In this document: positions 1 to 12,900 of the stretch, in pieces
How the letters are laid out: every line of letters starts with the position of its first letter
How positions within the stretch are numbered: position 1 is the first letter of the stretch
Source of the DNA: Amphiscolops sp. MND2022
Taxonomy: Eukaryota
Assembly (NCBI GenBank): GCA_964187785.1
Contig: OZ076409.1
Location: forward strand, 88,910,001 to 88,974,000
Direction: 5' to 3'
DNA: 64,000 nucleotides
The notes under the pieces: model-generated
The model's input: the letters and a program-made list of their open reading frames with translations, nothing else
Databases searched by the model: none
What the model was told of the DNA's origin: nothing
Made by a program: the position numbers and the translations under genes

Positions 1-250
1 ATTGTGCTACATTTTTTGGTGGTTGAGAAAATGGCGATTGAAATTCTGAAAATTTACGTTTTTTCCCAATTTTTTCCTTTTCAATTCTTTTCAATTTCAT
101 TGTATTTTGAGCATTCTCGTGCCATATATAACCTTAGCTATTCGTCATAGCTAATAACTTGGTAATATGGTTCAAATGCACATGATGATAGTCAATTATG
201 GCTGCGGGACCTGTCGCTCGAAGCCGTGCGCAAATTCCTTTGCGCCTATG
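1..250 (+). mobile_element. 3' end of a non-autonomous Helentron/HINE-like element (type A), truncated by the window edge
   Basis: subTIR TCGCTCGAAGCC (214-225), perfect hairpin GCGCAAA-ttcc-TTTGCGC (228-245), CTATG (246-250), then a T-run. ~80-250 is near-identical to ~7705-7873. Confidence 0.7.
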
Positions 251-1156
251 TTTTTTTTCGCCAAAACGTGACATCCCTCTGCATTTGTAAAAGTTTCGGC
301 TATTTTTCTCCAAGCCTATTTCTGCGAGACAATTCAAAAATTCAAAAAAAGATCCGCAAGTGAATGCCCTTTCTGGCCATGTAAGAAGGTTCCGAAAATT
401 TTCCGCCTGGGCGATTATATTAGCTTCGAAAACATGATTTTTTGCGAAAATTTTTAGGGTTTTTTCCGATTTTGCGTAATTTTTCCACTTGAACCATATC
501 GAACCGTCTCAAAATAGGTACCAACTGACGCAAAAGGATGTCTTCTTTAAGGTCGTGCAAGTTTCATTATTTTACAATTATTGGGCGTTGAGAAAATGGC
601 GAATAAAAATCGGGAATTTTTTGGGGTTTTTTTCGAAAAAATTTTCTAAGTGTAGATTTTGCTCAATTTTACTACTTAAACAAATTGAACCGGCTCATAA
701 TTAGTACCGACTGATGCAAGAGGATGTCTTCTCTAAGCTCATGAAAGTTTCATTATCCTACGATCATTGGTCGTTGAGAAAATGGCGAATAAAAATTGGA
801 AAAATTTTGGGGTTTTTCGCGAAAATTTTTCTAAATGTAGATTTTGCTCAATTTTACTACTTAAACGAATCGTACCAGCTCATAATTAATACCGACTGAC
901 GCAAGAGGATGTCTTCTCTAAGCTCATGAAAGTTTCATTATCCCACGATCATTGGTCGCTGAGAAAATGGCGAATAAAAATCGGAAAATTTATGGATTTT
1001 TCGCGACAAAAATCTGTTTTTTTTGCGAAAAAAGTATTTTGATGTACCCCATGCAATTAGGGTGCTTGGGCGCACTTTCGTAGAACCCATTACTCCTGGG
1101 CTCTCTCAAAGAGGTCGTCTGCTCGGAGCCGTCGCGCAATGGCAGTTGCGCCTATG
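251..1156 (+). mobile_element. HINE-like module type B, short copy with ~180-bp internal repeats
   Basis: Starts at T-run + CGCCAAAACGTGACAT. Ends with GCTCGGAGCC, hairpin GCGCAA-tggcag-TTGCGC (1134-1151) and CTATG. Homologous to 2959-6008. Confidence 0.65.
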
Positions 1157-2958
1157 TTTTTTTTTCGCAGATTTCGTGACATGTGCCAACTTTTCAAACT
1201 TGTGCGGCAAATTTCTCAAAACCCATAACAGATACGGACACCATGTTTCCGCTAAAAGTTGCGCAGGTTCCTGGGCTACATTTTCGTCGAAAAAAAATTC
1301 AAAAAAAATCGGCTTCATGGTTTTTTTTAAAAAGAAATTTTGAAAAAACGCTGTTTTTGACTGTTTTTTATGTTTGATCCCCTATTTCTCAGAACCAGGA
1401 CCAAATACAGGGTCCATGGTTTCGTGTAATTTACAAGCGTTTCATAGGCTACATTTTCGCTCAAAATTGGCGTCAAAATGTTTTTTCAGACTTGGTTTTT
1501 TGGGCAAAAAATTGGATGAAAAAAAATGTCGAAAAATTTTTCTCATTTGTAGCTCATATTTCTCAAAACTGACGAAAGATACAGAAACCATTCTTCCTCA
1601 AGATAAACAGCAAGGATGTAAGCTAGGTTTTGTACCAACAAAGTTTCCGTCATCACGTATGACGCGTTCATTTTCCTGCTAAAAATACTTGTTTTTTTTG
1701 AAAAATTTTCCTTTATAAAATTTATTTTATACTTGAGCCCCTATATCTCAAGACCGAGAACAAATACGCTGTCCATGGTTTCGTAATTTGTACTAGGGCT
1801 CAGTAGGCTGCGTTTAAAACCAATAATGACGTCGAATTTTTTTTGCTCCGGTTTTTTGGGCAAACAAAGGGATGAAGAAGAAATTTGAAAAATTTCCCAT
1901 TTTTTCATAATTTGTAACTGATTTTCCTCAGAACTGAAAAGAGATACTAAAAAATTTTGTCCTATGCAAAAGTTGGGTAGAATCCTTGGCTACCTTTTCG
2001 TTGAAAAAAATTTCAAAAAGAAATCGGCTTCCTGGTTTTTTTTGAAAAAAAGTTTTGAAAAAACGCAAATTTTTAGAGTGTTTCATCTTTCTTCCCTTAT
2101 TTCTCAAAACCGAGACCAGATACAGGGTCCATGGTTTCGTAAAAAATACAAGCGTTTCGTAGGCTACATTTTTGCTAAAAAATGACGTCAATTTTTTTTC
2201 CGACTGCGCTTTTTGGGCAAAAAAAGGGATGAAAAAATTTCGAAAATTTTTTTCTCATTTGTAGCTCATATTTCTCAACACTGACGAAAGATACAGAAAC
2301 CATTCTTCCTCAAGACAAATAGCAAGGATGTGGGCTTTTTTTGTACTAATCAAGTTTTCGTCATCAAGTATGACGCCTTCGTTTTTCTGCTAAAAATACT
2401 TGATTTTTTTGAAAAAATTTCTTAGTTCTTTTTTACTCGAGCTTGTATATCTGTATCCTGTATATCAGGACCGAGAACGAATACGGAGTCCATGGTATCG
2501 TAATTTGTACGAGGGTTCAGTAGGCTATGTGTAACGGTAAAAATGACGTCGACTTTTTTTCGCTCTGGTATTATTGGGCAAATAAATGGATGAAGAAAAA
2601 ATACAAAAAATTTCCATTTTTTCCCAAATTGTAACTGATTTTTCTCAGAAGTGAAAGTAGATACGAAAACCATTCTCCATCACAGAGTTATGCAAAGATG
2701 TAGGCTAGTTCTTGTACTATCAAAGTTTCCGTCATCAAGTATGACGCCTACGTTTTTCTGCTAAAATTACAATTTTCAATTTTCTCAAACTTCAATTTCT
2801 CACCTTTCTTTTTAGTTCTTTCATCTAAATTTTCTTGATCTGAGACTAGATAAGTTCACTAGGTTTTGGAATCTGGGATATACACATTTTCTAGCACCTT
2901 CTGCAGACCATTGAACGTTTCTGCTCGTGCCCAAGCGCGACATGCCGTCGCGCCTATG
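1157..2958 (+). mobile_element. HINE-like module type C
   Basis: Ends with GCTCGTGCCC, hairpin GCGCGAC-atgcc-GTCGCGC (2935-2953) and CTATG. Near-identical copy at 7874-9662. Internal degenerate duplication (~1380-1700 vs ~2100-2420). Confidence 0.65.
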
Positions 2959-5900
2959 TTTTTTTTTCGCCAAAACGTGACATCCCTCTGCATTTGTAAA
3001 AGTTTCGGCTATTTTTCTCCAAGCCTATTTCTCCGAGACAATTCAAAAGTTCAAAAAAAGATCCGCAAATGAATGCCCTTTCTGGCCATGTAAGAAGGTT
3101 CCGAAAATTTTTCGCCTGGGCGATTATATTAGCTTCGAAAACATGATTTTTGCGAAAATTTTCAGGGTTTTTTCCAATTTTGCGTAATTTTTCCCCTTGA
3201 ACCATATCGAACCGTCTCAAAATGGATACCAACTGACGCAAGAGGATGTCTTCTTTAAGGTCGTGAAAGTTTCATATCTTTACAATTATTGGGCGTTGAG
3301 AAAATGGCGAATAAAAATCGAGAATTTTTTGGGGTTTTTTGCGAAAAAATTTTCTAAATGTAGATTTTGCTCAATTTTACTACTTAAACCAACTTAACAT
3401 TTTTGAAAAACAACCGCAACTGAATGCCCTTTCTAGCCATGTAAGAAGGTTCTGAAAATTTTCCGCCTGGGCGATTATATTAGCTTCGAAAACATGATTT
3501 TTGCGAAAATTTTCAGGGTTTTTTTCCAATTTTGCGTAATTTTTCCACTTGAACCATATCGAACCGTCTCAAAATGGGTACCAACTGACGCAAAAGGATG
3601 TCTTCTTTAAGGTCGTGAAAGTTTCATATCTTTACAATTATTGGGCGTTGAGAAAATGGCGAATAAAAATCAGGAATTTTTTGGGGTTTTTTGCGAAAAA
3701 ATTTTCTAAATGTAGATTTTGCTCAATTTTACTACTTAAACGAATCAAACCGGCTCATAATTAGTACCGACTGACGCAAGAGAATGTCTTCTCTAAGCTC
3801 ATGAAAGTTTCATTATCCTACGATCATTGGTCGTTGAGAAAATAGCGAATGTAAATTGGAAAAGTTTTTGGGTTTTTAGCGAAAAAATTTTGTAATTGTA
3901 GATTTGGCTCAATTTTACTACTTAAACGACACCGAACCGGCTCATAATTAGCTCCGACCAACGCAAGAGGATGTTTTCTCTAACCTCATGAAAGTTTTAT
4001 AATCCTACGATTATTGGTCGTTGAGAAAATGGCGAATAAAAATTGGAAAAATTTTGGGTTTTTAGCGGAAAAATTTTCTAAATGTAGATTTGGCTCAATT
4101 TTACTACTTAAACGACACCGAACCGGCTCATAATTAGCTCCGACCGACGCAAAAGGATGTCTTCTCTAACCTCATGAAAAATTCATTATCCTACGATCAT
4201 TGGTCGTTGAGGAAATGGCGAATGAAAATCGGGAATTTTTTGGGTTTTTTTCGGAAAAATTTTCTAAGTGTAGGTTTTGCTCAATTTTACTACTTAAACC
4301 AACTTAACATTTTTGAAAAACAACCGCAACTGAATGGCCTTTCTAGCCATGTAAGAAGGTTCTGGAAATTTTCCGCCTGGGCGATTATATTAGCTTCGAA
4401 AACATGATTTTTGCAAAAATTTTCAGGGTTTTTTTCCAATTTTGCGTAATTTTTCCACTTGAACCATATCGAACCGTCTCAAAATGGGTACCAACTGACG
4501 CGAAAGGATGTCTTCTTTAAGGTCGTGAAAGTTTCATATCTTTACAATTATTGGGCGTTGAGAAAATGGCGAATAAAAATCAGGAATTTTTTGGGGTTTT
4601 TTGCGAAAAAATTTTCTAAATGTAGAGTTTGCTCAATTTTACTACTTAAACGAATCGAACCGGCTCATAATTAGTACCGAATAACGCAAGAGAATGTCTT
4701 CCCTAAGCTCATGAAAGTTTCATTATCCTACGATCATTGGTCGTTGAGAAAATAGCGAATGTAAATTGGAAAAGTTTTTGGGTTTTTAGCGAAAAAATTT
4801 TGTAATTGTAGATTTGGCTCAATTTTACTACTTAAACGACACCGAACCGGCTCATAATTAGCTCCGACCAACGCAAGAGGATGTTTTCTCTAACCTCATG
4901 AAAGTTTTAATATCCTACGATTATTGGTCGTTGAGAAAATGGCGAATAAAAATTGGAAAAATTTTGGGTTTTTAGCGGAAAAATTTTCTAAATGTAGATT
5001 TGGCTCAATTTTACTACTTAAACGACACCGAACCGGCTCATAATTAGCTCCGACCGACGCAAGAGGATGTCTTCTCTAACCTCATGAAAATTCATTATCC
5101 TACGATCATTGGTCGTTGAGGAAATGGCGAATGAAAATCGGGAATTTTTTTGGGTTTTTTTCGAAAAAATTTTCTAAGTGTAGGTTTTGCTCAATTTTAC
5201 TACTTAAACCAACTTAACATTTTTGAAAAACAACCGCAACTGAATGGCCTTTCTAGCCATGTAAGAAGGTTCTGGAAATTTTCCGCCTGGGCGATTATAT
5301 TAGCTTCGAAAACATGATTTTTGCAAAAATTTTCAGGGTTTTTTTTCAATTTTGCGTAATTTTTCCACTTGAACCATATCGAACCGTCTCAAAATGGGTA
5401 CCAACTGACGCGAAAGGATGTCTTCTTTAAGGTCGTGAAAGTTTCATATCTTTACAATTTATGGGCGTTGAGAAAATGGCGAATAAAAATTGAGAATTTT
5501 TTGGGGTTTTTTTGCGAAAAAATTTTCTAAATGTAGATTTTGCTCAATTTTACTACTTAAACGAATCGAACCAGCTCATAATTAGTACCGACTGACGCAA
5601 CAGAATGTCTTCTCTAAGCTCATGAAAGTTTCATTATCCTACGATCATTGGTCGTTGAGAAAATAGCGAATGTTTGGGTTTTTAGCGAAAAAATTTTGTA
5701 ATTGTAGATTTGGCTCAATTTTACTACTTAAACGACACCGAACCGGCTCATAATTAGCAACGACCGACGCAAGAGGAGGATGTCTTCTTTAATCTGATGA
5801 AAGTTTCATTATCCTATGATCATTGGTCGTAGAGAAAGTGGCGAATAAAAATCGGAAATGTTATGGATTTTTTGCGACAAAAATCTGTTTTTTTTCGAAA

Positions 5901-6008
5901 ATATTTTGATGTACCCCATGCAATTGGGGTGCTTGGGCGCACTTTCGTAGAACCCATTACTCCTGAGCTCTCTCTCGGAGCCGTCGCGCAATGGCAGTTG
6001 CGCCTATG
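2959..6008 (+). mobile_element. HINE-like module type B, long copy with an expanded tandem array
   Basis: Same start and same 3' hairpin (5986-6003) + CTATG as 251-1156, with many more internal repeat units. Confidence 0.65.
3190..5860. repeat. ~180-bp tandem repeat array with a ~910-bp higher-order period
   Basis: Core GTTGAG(A/G)AAAT(G/A)GCGAAT...GCTCAATTTTACTACTTAAAC recurs about every 180 bp. TTGAACCATATCGAACCG occurs at 3549, 4459 and 5369 (910-bp spacing). Confidence 0.9.
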
Positions 6009-7873
6009 TTTTTGAGGCTTCGAGCGAGCGAAGCGAAGCGACGAAGTCTCTATTGTTCCGCGTTTACTAGCGTTTTGGTTTTTTTTTCGCGTGACATACC
6101 CTCTGCATTTGTATTAATTGAAGAATATTTTCTCAGAGCCTATTTTTCCGCGACCATCCAAACTTTCCAAAAAGAAACGCAACTTGATGCTCTTTCTAAC
6201 CGTGTAAAAACTTTCCGAAAATTTTCCACCGGCGCGATTTTATTAGCTTCGAAAGCGCGAAATTTTCGAAATTTTTTAGGGTTTTTGTCGATTTTGCTAT
6301 TTTTCTTTTCGCAAACCACAGCGAATTGGCCCGATGTAGGTACTAACCGACGTAAAACGATGTTCTCTTTAATTTGGTGAAAGTTTTTTATCCTAGAATT
6401 ATTGGGCTTTGCGAAAATGACCATTAAAATTAGGAAAAATTTTCGGTTTTTTTGCGTAAAAAAATTCTCAACCTAATTTCAAGTAGCAATCAGTTCTAAT
6501 CCAAGCAGTGGTGTTTCTACTCGATAACAGGTCTGCTTAGCTGCCCAAAGTTAGAAATTGGAAAGTCACAACGTTTACGTCGGACAGTTAGAGACAAAAA
6601 AGTTTTCAATTTTTTTGAATTTTTGATAAATTGCTCTCTTTATTCAATTTTGTAAAAAGTTTGGCCTATTTTCTCGGAGCCTAATACTTCGAGACCATCC
6701 AAAAATTCAACAAATTGTTGGAACTGAATTTGTTGGTGAAGATTTAAATGTTGTTGGATTTTCGGGCAGTTCATTGTATATTATACAAATTGTGCTTTAC
6801 TACGAATCTTGAAATAAATGATAATTTGATCCTTCAATTTTTAAATATACATTTTCCAAACTAATCTTAGGAAGGAGTGAAATAGACGAAGTTACCGGAT
6901 CGGTCTTGTAAAAATGCATAGATTGCGGTCTGATTACCCCTAGTAACCCTCCTACTGTCTTATTTGCTAAAAATGCTGACTTCATCCTTGGAAGGTTTTT
7001 ATTTATTTATACTGCTAGTAGAAATTGTAAAAATGCTCGAAGACCTATCGGCAATGTACATTGAATCATATTCTCCATAATTGCTCATTGATTTGCTTTG
7101 TCTCATGCCTGTAAAATTTTCGGTGAATTGTTTTTTTGTCCATTTTTGATGTCGGAAACCAAAGTTTTTTTCAGACCTCTCGATGTATGGGTTTTCGAGA
7201 GTGAGATCATATTGGACCACTGGAGTACATACTCACCATTAGTTATTGATGATGTGGTGGTTTGAAGCGTAAAACCGCGAAATTTCCGTTCTTAACGTAT
7301 TCTATCCAGTGAATATCTGCACAGAAGGTAATATGCATTACCGCAATATTCCTGAGAGATTTGTTGTCATATGCAACGATTAAATCAAGACAACACTAAG
7401 TTATATTCACACCTCGCTGTGCAATGATATTCAACTACGTTGTATTGAAAACAAAATTGATTTCGGATCTTTTCGTGATTTTGCCCCATTCGCAAAACAG
7501 GTTATTCATCCTCTGGAATACGTTTCCAACGGTGCCCACTGATGCTGGAAGGTTGTTTGATGCACAATTCAGCTAATTTTTAGAACTGAAAGTATACTTG
7601 CTAGTGATGGCACATATCAACCGTCCTATTGATAACTAGGGCAGCCCTTCCTTTTATATAGTGGTGAAGGCCGAAAAAGTTAAGCTTCATAGGATTAATA
7701 CCCGCAATTCTTTTCAATTTCATTGTATTTTGAGCATTATCGTGCCGTATATAACCTTAGCTATTCGTCATAGCTAATAACTTGGTAATATGGTTCCAAT
7801 GCACATGATGATAGTCAATTATGGCTGCGGGACCTGTCGCTCGAAGCCGTGCGCAAATTCCTTTGCGCCTATG
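6009..7873 (+). mobile_element. Complete non-autonomous Helentron/HINE (DINE-1-like) element, type A
   Basis: 5' T-run; subTIR GGCTTCGAGCGA (6016-6027); short IR CGAAGTCTC (6042-6050); complementary 3' subTIR TCGCTCGAAGCC (7837-7848); hairpin 7851-7868; CTATG + T-run. Confidence 0.75.
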
Positions 7874-9662
7874 TTTTTTTCGCAGATTTCGTGACATGTG
7901 CCAACTTTTCAAACTTGTGCGGCAAATTTCTCAAAACCCATAACAGATACGGACACCATGTTTCCGCTAACAGTTGCGCAGGTTCCTGGGCTACGTTTTC
8001 GTCGAAAAAAAATTGGAAAAAAAAATTCGGCTTTATGGTTTTTTTAAAAAGAAGTTTAAAAAAAACGCTATTTTTGACTGTTTTTTATGTTTGATCCCCT
8101 ATTTCTCAAAACCAGGACCAAATACAGGGTCCATGGTTTCGTGTAATTTACAAGCGTTTCATAGGCTACATTTTCGCTAAAAATTGGCGTCGAAATTTTT
8201 TTCAGACTTGGTTTTTTGGGCAAAAAATTGGATGAAAAAAAATGTCGAAAAATTTTTTCTCATTTGTAGCTCATATTTCTCAAAACTGACGAAAGATACA
8301 GAAACCATTCTCCCTCAAGATAAACAGCAAGGATTTAAGCTAGGTTTTGTACCAACAAAGTTTCCGTCATCACGTATGACGCGTTCGTTTTTCTGCTAAA
8401 AATACTGGTTTTTTTTGAAAAATTTTCCTATTTATTTTATACTTGAGCCCCTATATCTCAAGACCGAGAACAAATACGCAGTCCATGGTTTCGTAATTTG
8501 TACTAGGGCTCAGTAGGCTGCGTTTAAAACCAATAATGACGTCGAATTTTTTTTGCTCCGTTTTTTTGGGCAAATAAAGGGATGAAGAAGAAATTTGAAA
8601 AATTTCCCATTTTTTTATAATTTGTAACTGATTTTCCTCAGAACTGAAAAGAGATACGAAAAACCTTTCTCCTAGCCAAAAGTTGGGTAGAATTCTTGGC
8701 TACCTTTTCGTTGAAAAAAAATTTCAAAAAGAATTCGGCTTCCTTGTTTTTTTTGAAAAAAGTTTTGAAAAAACGCAAATTTTTAGAGTGTTTCATCTTT
8801 CTTCCCTTATTTCTCAAAACCGAGACCAGATACAGGGTCCATGGTTTCATATAATATACAAGCGTTTTGTAGGCTACATTTTTGCTAAAAAATGACGTCA
8901 ATCGTTTTTCCGACTGCGCTTTTTGGGCAAAAAAAGGGATGAAAAAATTTCGAAAATTTTTTTCTCATTTGTAGCTCATATTTCTCAACACTGACGAAAG
9001 ATACAGAAACCATTCTTCCTCAAGACAAATAGCAAGGATGTGGGCTTTTTTGTACTAATCAAGTTTTCGTCATCAAGTATGACGCCTTCGTTTTTCTGCT
9101 AAAAATACTTTATTTTTTTGAAAAATTTTCTCAGGTCTTTTCAACTCGAGCTTGTATATCTGTATCCTGTATATCAGGACCGAGAACGAATACGGAGTTC
9201 ATGGTTTCGTAATTTGTACGAGGGTTCAGTAGGCTATGTGTAAAGGTAAAAATAACGTCGACTTTTTTCGCTCTGGTATTATTGGGCAAATAAATGGATG
9301 AAGAAAAAATTCGAAAATTTTCCATTTTTTCCCAAATTGTAACTGATTTTTCTCAGAAGTGAAAGTAGATACGAAAACCATTCTCCCTCACAGAGTTATG
9401 CAAAGATGTAGGCTAGTTCTTGTACTATCAAAGTTTCCGTCATCAAGTATGACGCCTACGTTTTCTGCTGAAATTACAATTTTCATTTTTCTCAAACTTC
9501 AATTTCTCACCTTTTTTAGACCTTTCATCTAAATTTTCTTGATCTGAGACTAGATAAGTTCACTAGGTTTTGGAATCTGGGATAAACACATTTTCTAGCA
9601 CCTTCTGCAGACCATTGAACGTTTCTGCTCGTGCCCAAGCGCGACATGCCGTCGTGCCTATG
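7874..9662 (+). mobile_element. HINE-like module type C, second copy
   Basis: Near-identical to 1157-2958; ends GCGCGAC-atgcc-GTCGTGC-CTATG-T-run. Confidence 0.65.
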
Positions 9663-9705
9663 TTTTTTTAATGTTCTTATGTTTCGTCAGAAAAAAGGTG
9701 CAGGT

Positions 9706-9956
9706 TGTTATACGGTGTAATACCGCGTCCGAATTTATTCGGTTCATCATGTGCCAATCAAACTGAGAGACAACCTGTTGACAAACAAACTCAAGGTCCA
9801 TATTTATGTTGATACATATTTATATACATATATGTATAATTAGATTAGTGTTGTTCGGAACCATTGTTGGATAGAAAGTACCTAGAATAAAGATTGGAAA
9901 AAGAGATTCATTAGATTTGCAATTCGTTTTTATTATACCAAGTTGGAAATAGAACA
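9706..9956 (+). repeat. 5' LTR of element 1
   Basis: TGTTAT...AGAACA; 6 substitutions relative to 14988-15238 by manual alignment. Confidence 0.95.
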
Positions 9957-9970
9957 TGGCGCAGTCAGCA
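9957..9970 (+). promoter_or_regulatory. Primer-binding site, tRNA-Ser-like
   Basis: TGGCGCAGTCAGCA directly follows the LTR. Its reverse complement (...TGCTGACTGCG-CCA) resembles animal tRNA-Ser 3' ends. Confidence 0.75.
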
Positions 9971-9979
9971 ATCTAATTT

Positions 9980-12900
9980 ATCCGAAATTTTACCGAAAAG
10001 AAACACATACCATAACCGCGGAGAATCCTTCTGGACCAAACAGACCGAAGCCGAGACACCGGAAGATTTTTGGCGGAGACTGATAGAAATCGAAAAAGAA
10101 TGTAATTTCGAGAGCATAACAGCCGAAGAATTACTCATCAAAATTCATGACCGCAATTACGGACAAGAAACTTCGGGACAAATTAATGAAAGAAAAGAAA
10201 CCCGAGATGAAGAAAACGATAGAGATGATCAAGCAAAATACATATGAGAAGAAAAACAACAAAAACACAATACCGGAAGCATTAATATCAAACTGAGAAA
10301 AAGAAATCAAAGAAGAACCAATACAAAGAATGGACAAATTCAATTCTCGACCGAGAAAGACATTCAACAATAACAGACCTTGTAGATTCTGCAATGCACC
10401 GAACTGGAATACAACGCACAAATGCCCAGCACTCGACCAGACATGTAATAATTGCGAAAAGAAGGGCCATTTTGCACGGTCATGCAGACAAAGAGAAAAC
10501 TACAAGAACAAATTTCGGAATGTAACCGAAACCGAGAATTCAATTGGCGAAGAAAGCGACGAATCAGAAACGAGCATACACAGAATCGAAAGAGTAAACA
10601 GAATTATTGACAGAAACAAATACTTGACGACAATAGTGAAAATCAACGGAACGGAAAAGGAATTTGTACTAGACACCGGCTCACCAATATCAATAATGCC
10701 GGCGGACAATACAATAATGAAAGAATCCGAAATTCAAAAAGTGAGACACCGGTACCAAGATGTAAACAAGAACGAAGTGAAATTCCGGGAGAAAATACCG
10801 GTAGATATTGAATACGAAAACAACAAACAGAAAATACTGATTACCGAACGAAATGACATAACACCACTACTCGGAATGGACTGGTTAAAGAAATTCAAAC
10901 TAACAATCGGAAACATCCAATTGGACGAGAACGATCAATCGGAAAAGAGAAAAATAATAGAGAAATTTCCGGACCTATTCCGAAAAAACACGACCATAAA
11001 AGATACCGAAATAAACATTCAACTGAAACCGGGACATTACCCGGTAAAACAAAAAGCAAGACCAATCCCTTTACATTTACAAGAAGCAGTCGGAAAAGAA
11101 ATTGAAAAACTAACGAAATCCGGACATCTAGAAAAAGTAAAACACGTAGATGAAGATTGCTTTATATCACCGGTGGTAATAACGGTCAAAAACGACAAGT
11201 CGGTAAAAATAGCATTAGACTCCCGAAAATTAAATGACAGCTGTATTAAAGTCCGACCACACATGCCGAACATGGAAGAACTGTTGAACCAGATTTCGGT
11301 AGAGATAACTAAAGACCGAACGAAAGAACTGAGAATGTCAAAGATAGACCTGGACTATGCCTACGGTCAAATGATGTTATCCGAAGAAACGAGTAGACAA
11401 TGTGTCTTCGCAGTTACCGGAGGAAATTGTAGCGGATATTACCGATTCAAAAGGGGATTTTACGGTTTAGCCGATATACCCACAATCTTCCAAGAAAAAA
11501 TCGACAGAACATTAGAATATTGTACACCTGCGTGGTTAGACGATAGAAAAGTGGTCACACGAGGAGACCGAGAAGACCACGAAAAAAATCTTTTCGATTT
11601 ACTGAAAAAACTGGAAGACGCCGGGTATAGAGCAAAAGAAAGAAAATCTGAATTCTTCAAAAATAAAATAAAATGGCTCGGACATGAAATTGACGAAAAC
11701 GGAATAAAACCGAACAAAGTTAAAGTCAAAGCCATTTTGGAATTGAAACACCCGGAAAATCCGAAACAACTAAAATCTTTTCTCGGGGCAATACAATATT
11801 TGGCAAAATTCTTACCAAAATTGTCAGAAAGACTCGACAGATTACGAAAATTACTGAAGAAAAACACAGAATGGAGATGGGAAACGGAACAACAAAACGA
11901 TTTTGAAACAATAAAGAAAATGATAGCCGAAGAACCGGATTTAGCACACTACGCAAAAGATAGAGACAAAATCGTTACAACGGATGCAAGCAAAACCGGT
12001 CTCGGAATAACTTTATGGCAAAGACAAGCTGACGGGGAATTAAAACCGATAGCATTCGGTAGCAGATTTCTCAATGATAGTGAAAAGAACTACCCAATCG
12101 GAGAATTAGAATTGCTAGCAGTTGTTTGAGGATTAGAAAATTCCAATTCTATTTGTACGGGAAAAAGGTGTTTCTATACACCGACCATCAAGCATGATCA
12201 CCGCTGATCAAACGGAACAGATGTAACAAACAATACAGTGCTAGACTTACCAGATGGTTAGACCGATTAGCGCACTTTGACATCTGAATACAACATATAG
12301 CCGGAAGCAATTTGAAATTTACTGATTTCCTCAGCCGAAAACCGGTAGAGGGCGCCGCGACTGAAAACGTTTATGATGAACAATACGTAATAAACATCTT
12401 AACCGAACAAGCCGAACTGAATTTGAAATACGGCAGAATATTCACGAACCAATCACAACGAACGCCGAACAACGAAATAACGCGCGAGCGCAAATCGAAC
12501 AACCAATCAGAAACTAATAGAACATTCGAGAAGAAACGACACGTGAACAAAACAAACGAACAAGCGGAAACCAGTCCAAACAAAACTGCGATAAAATTCA
12601 AACGTCACGCAAAGTTACCGGTACTAAATTGCAAAGATTTACGATTAGCGACATCTGGAGAAATGGACCGAGAATACTTCCACTGGGGAGCAACAACAGA
12701 AATAATGAAAATTATTCAAAGAAGAGAGAAAAGCCCGGAAACACGGAGATTGGTGGACAGACGGCTAGAAATAGCCAGACCAGGAATGATGAGAAGGTGT
12801 TATGACCAAAACGCACAAAGAACGATATGGGTCCCGTCACAACCCAATAAAAGAAGCCGAGAAGAGATAGCCGAAATAGACGGAGCGCTCATACAACGCG

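Noticed and set aside
489..5860. Repeated short ORFs (MNHIEPSQN...) and a CRISPR-like appearance
   Set aside because: These are translations of the tandem repeat; there are no unique spacers and no cas genes, and the context is eukaryotic.
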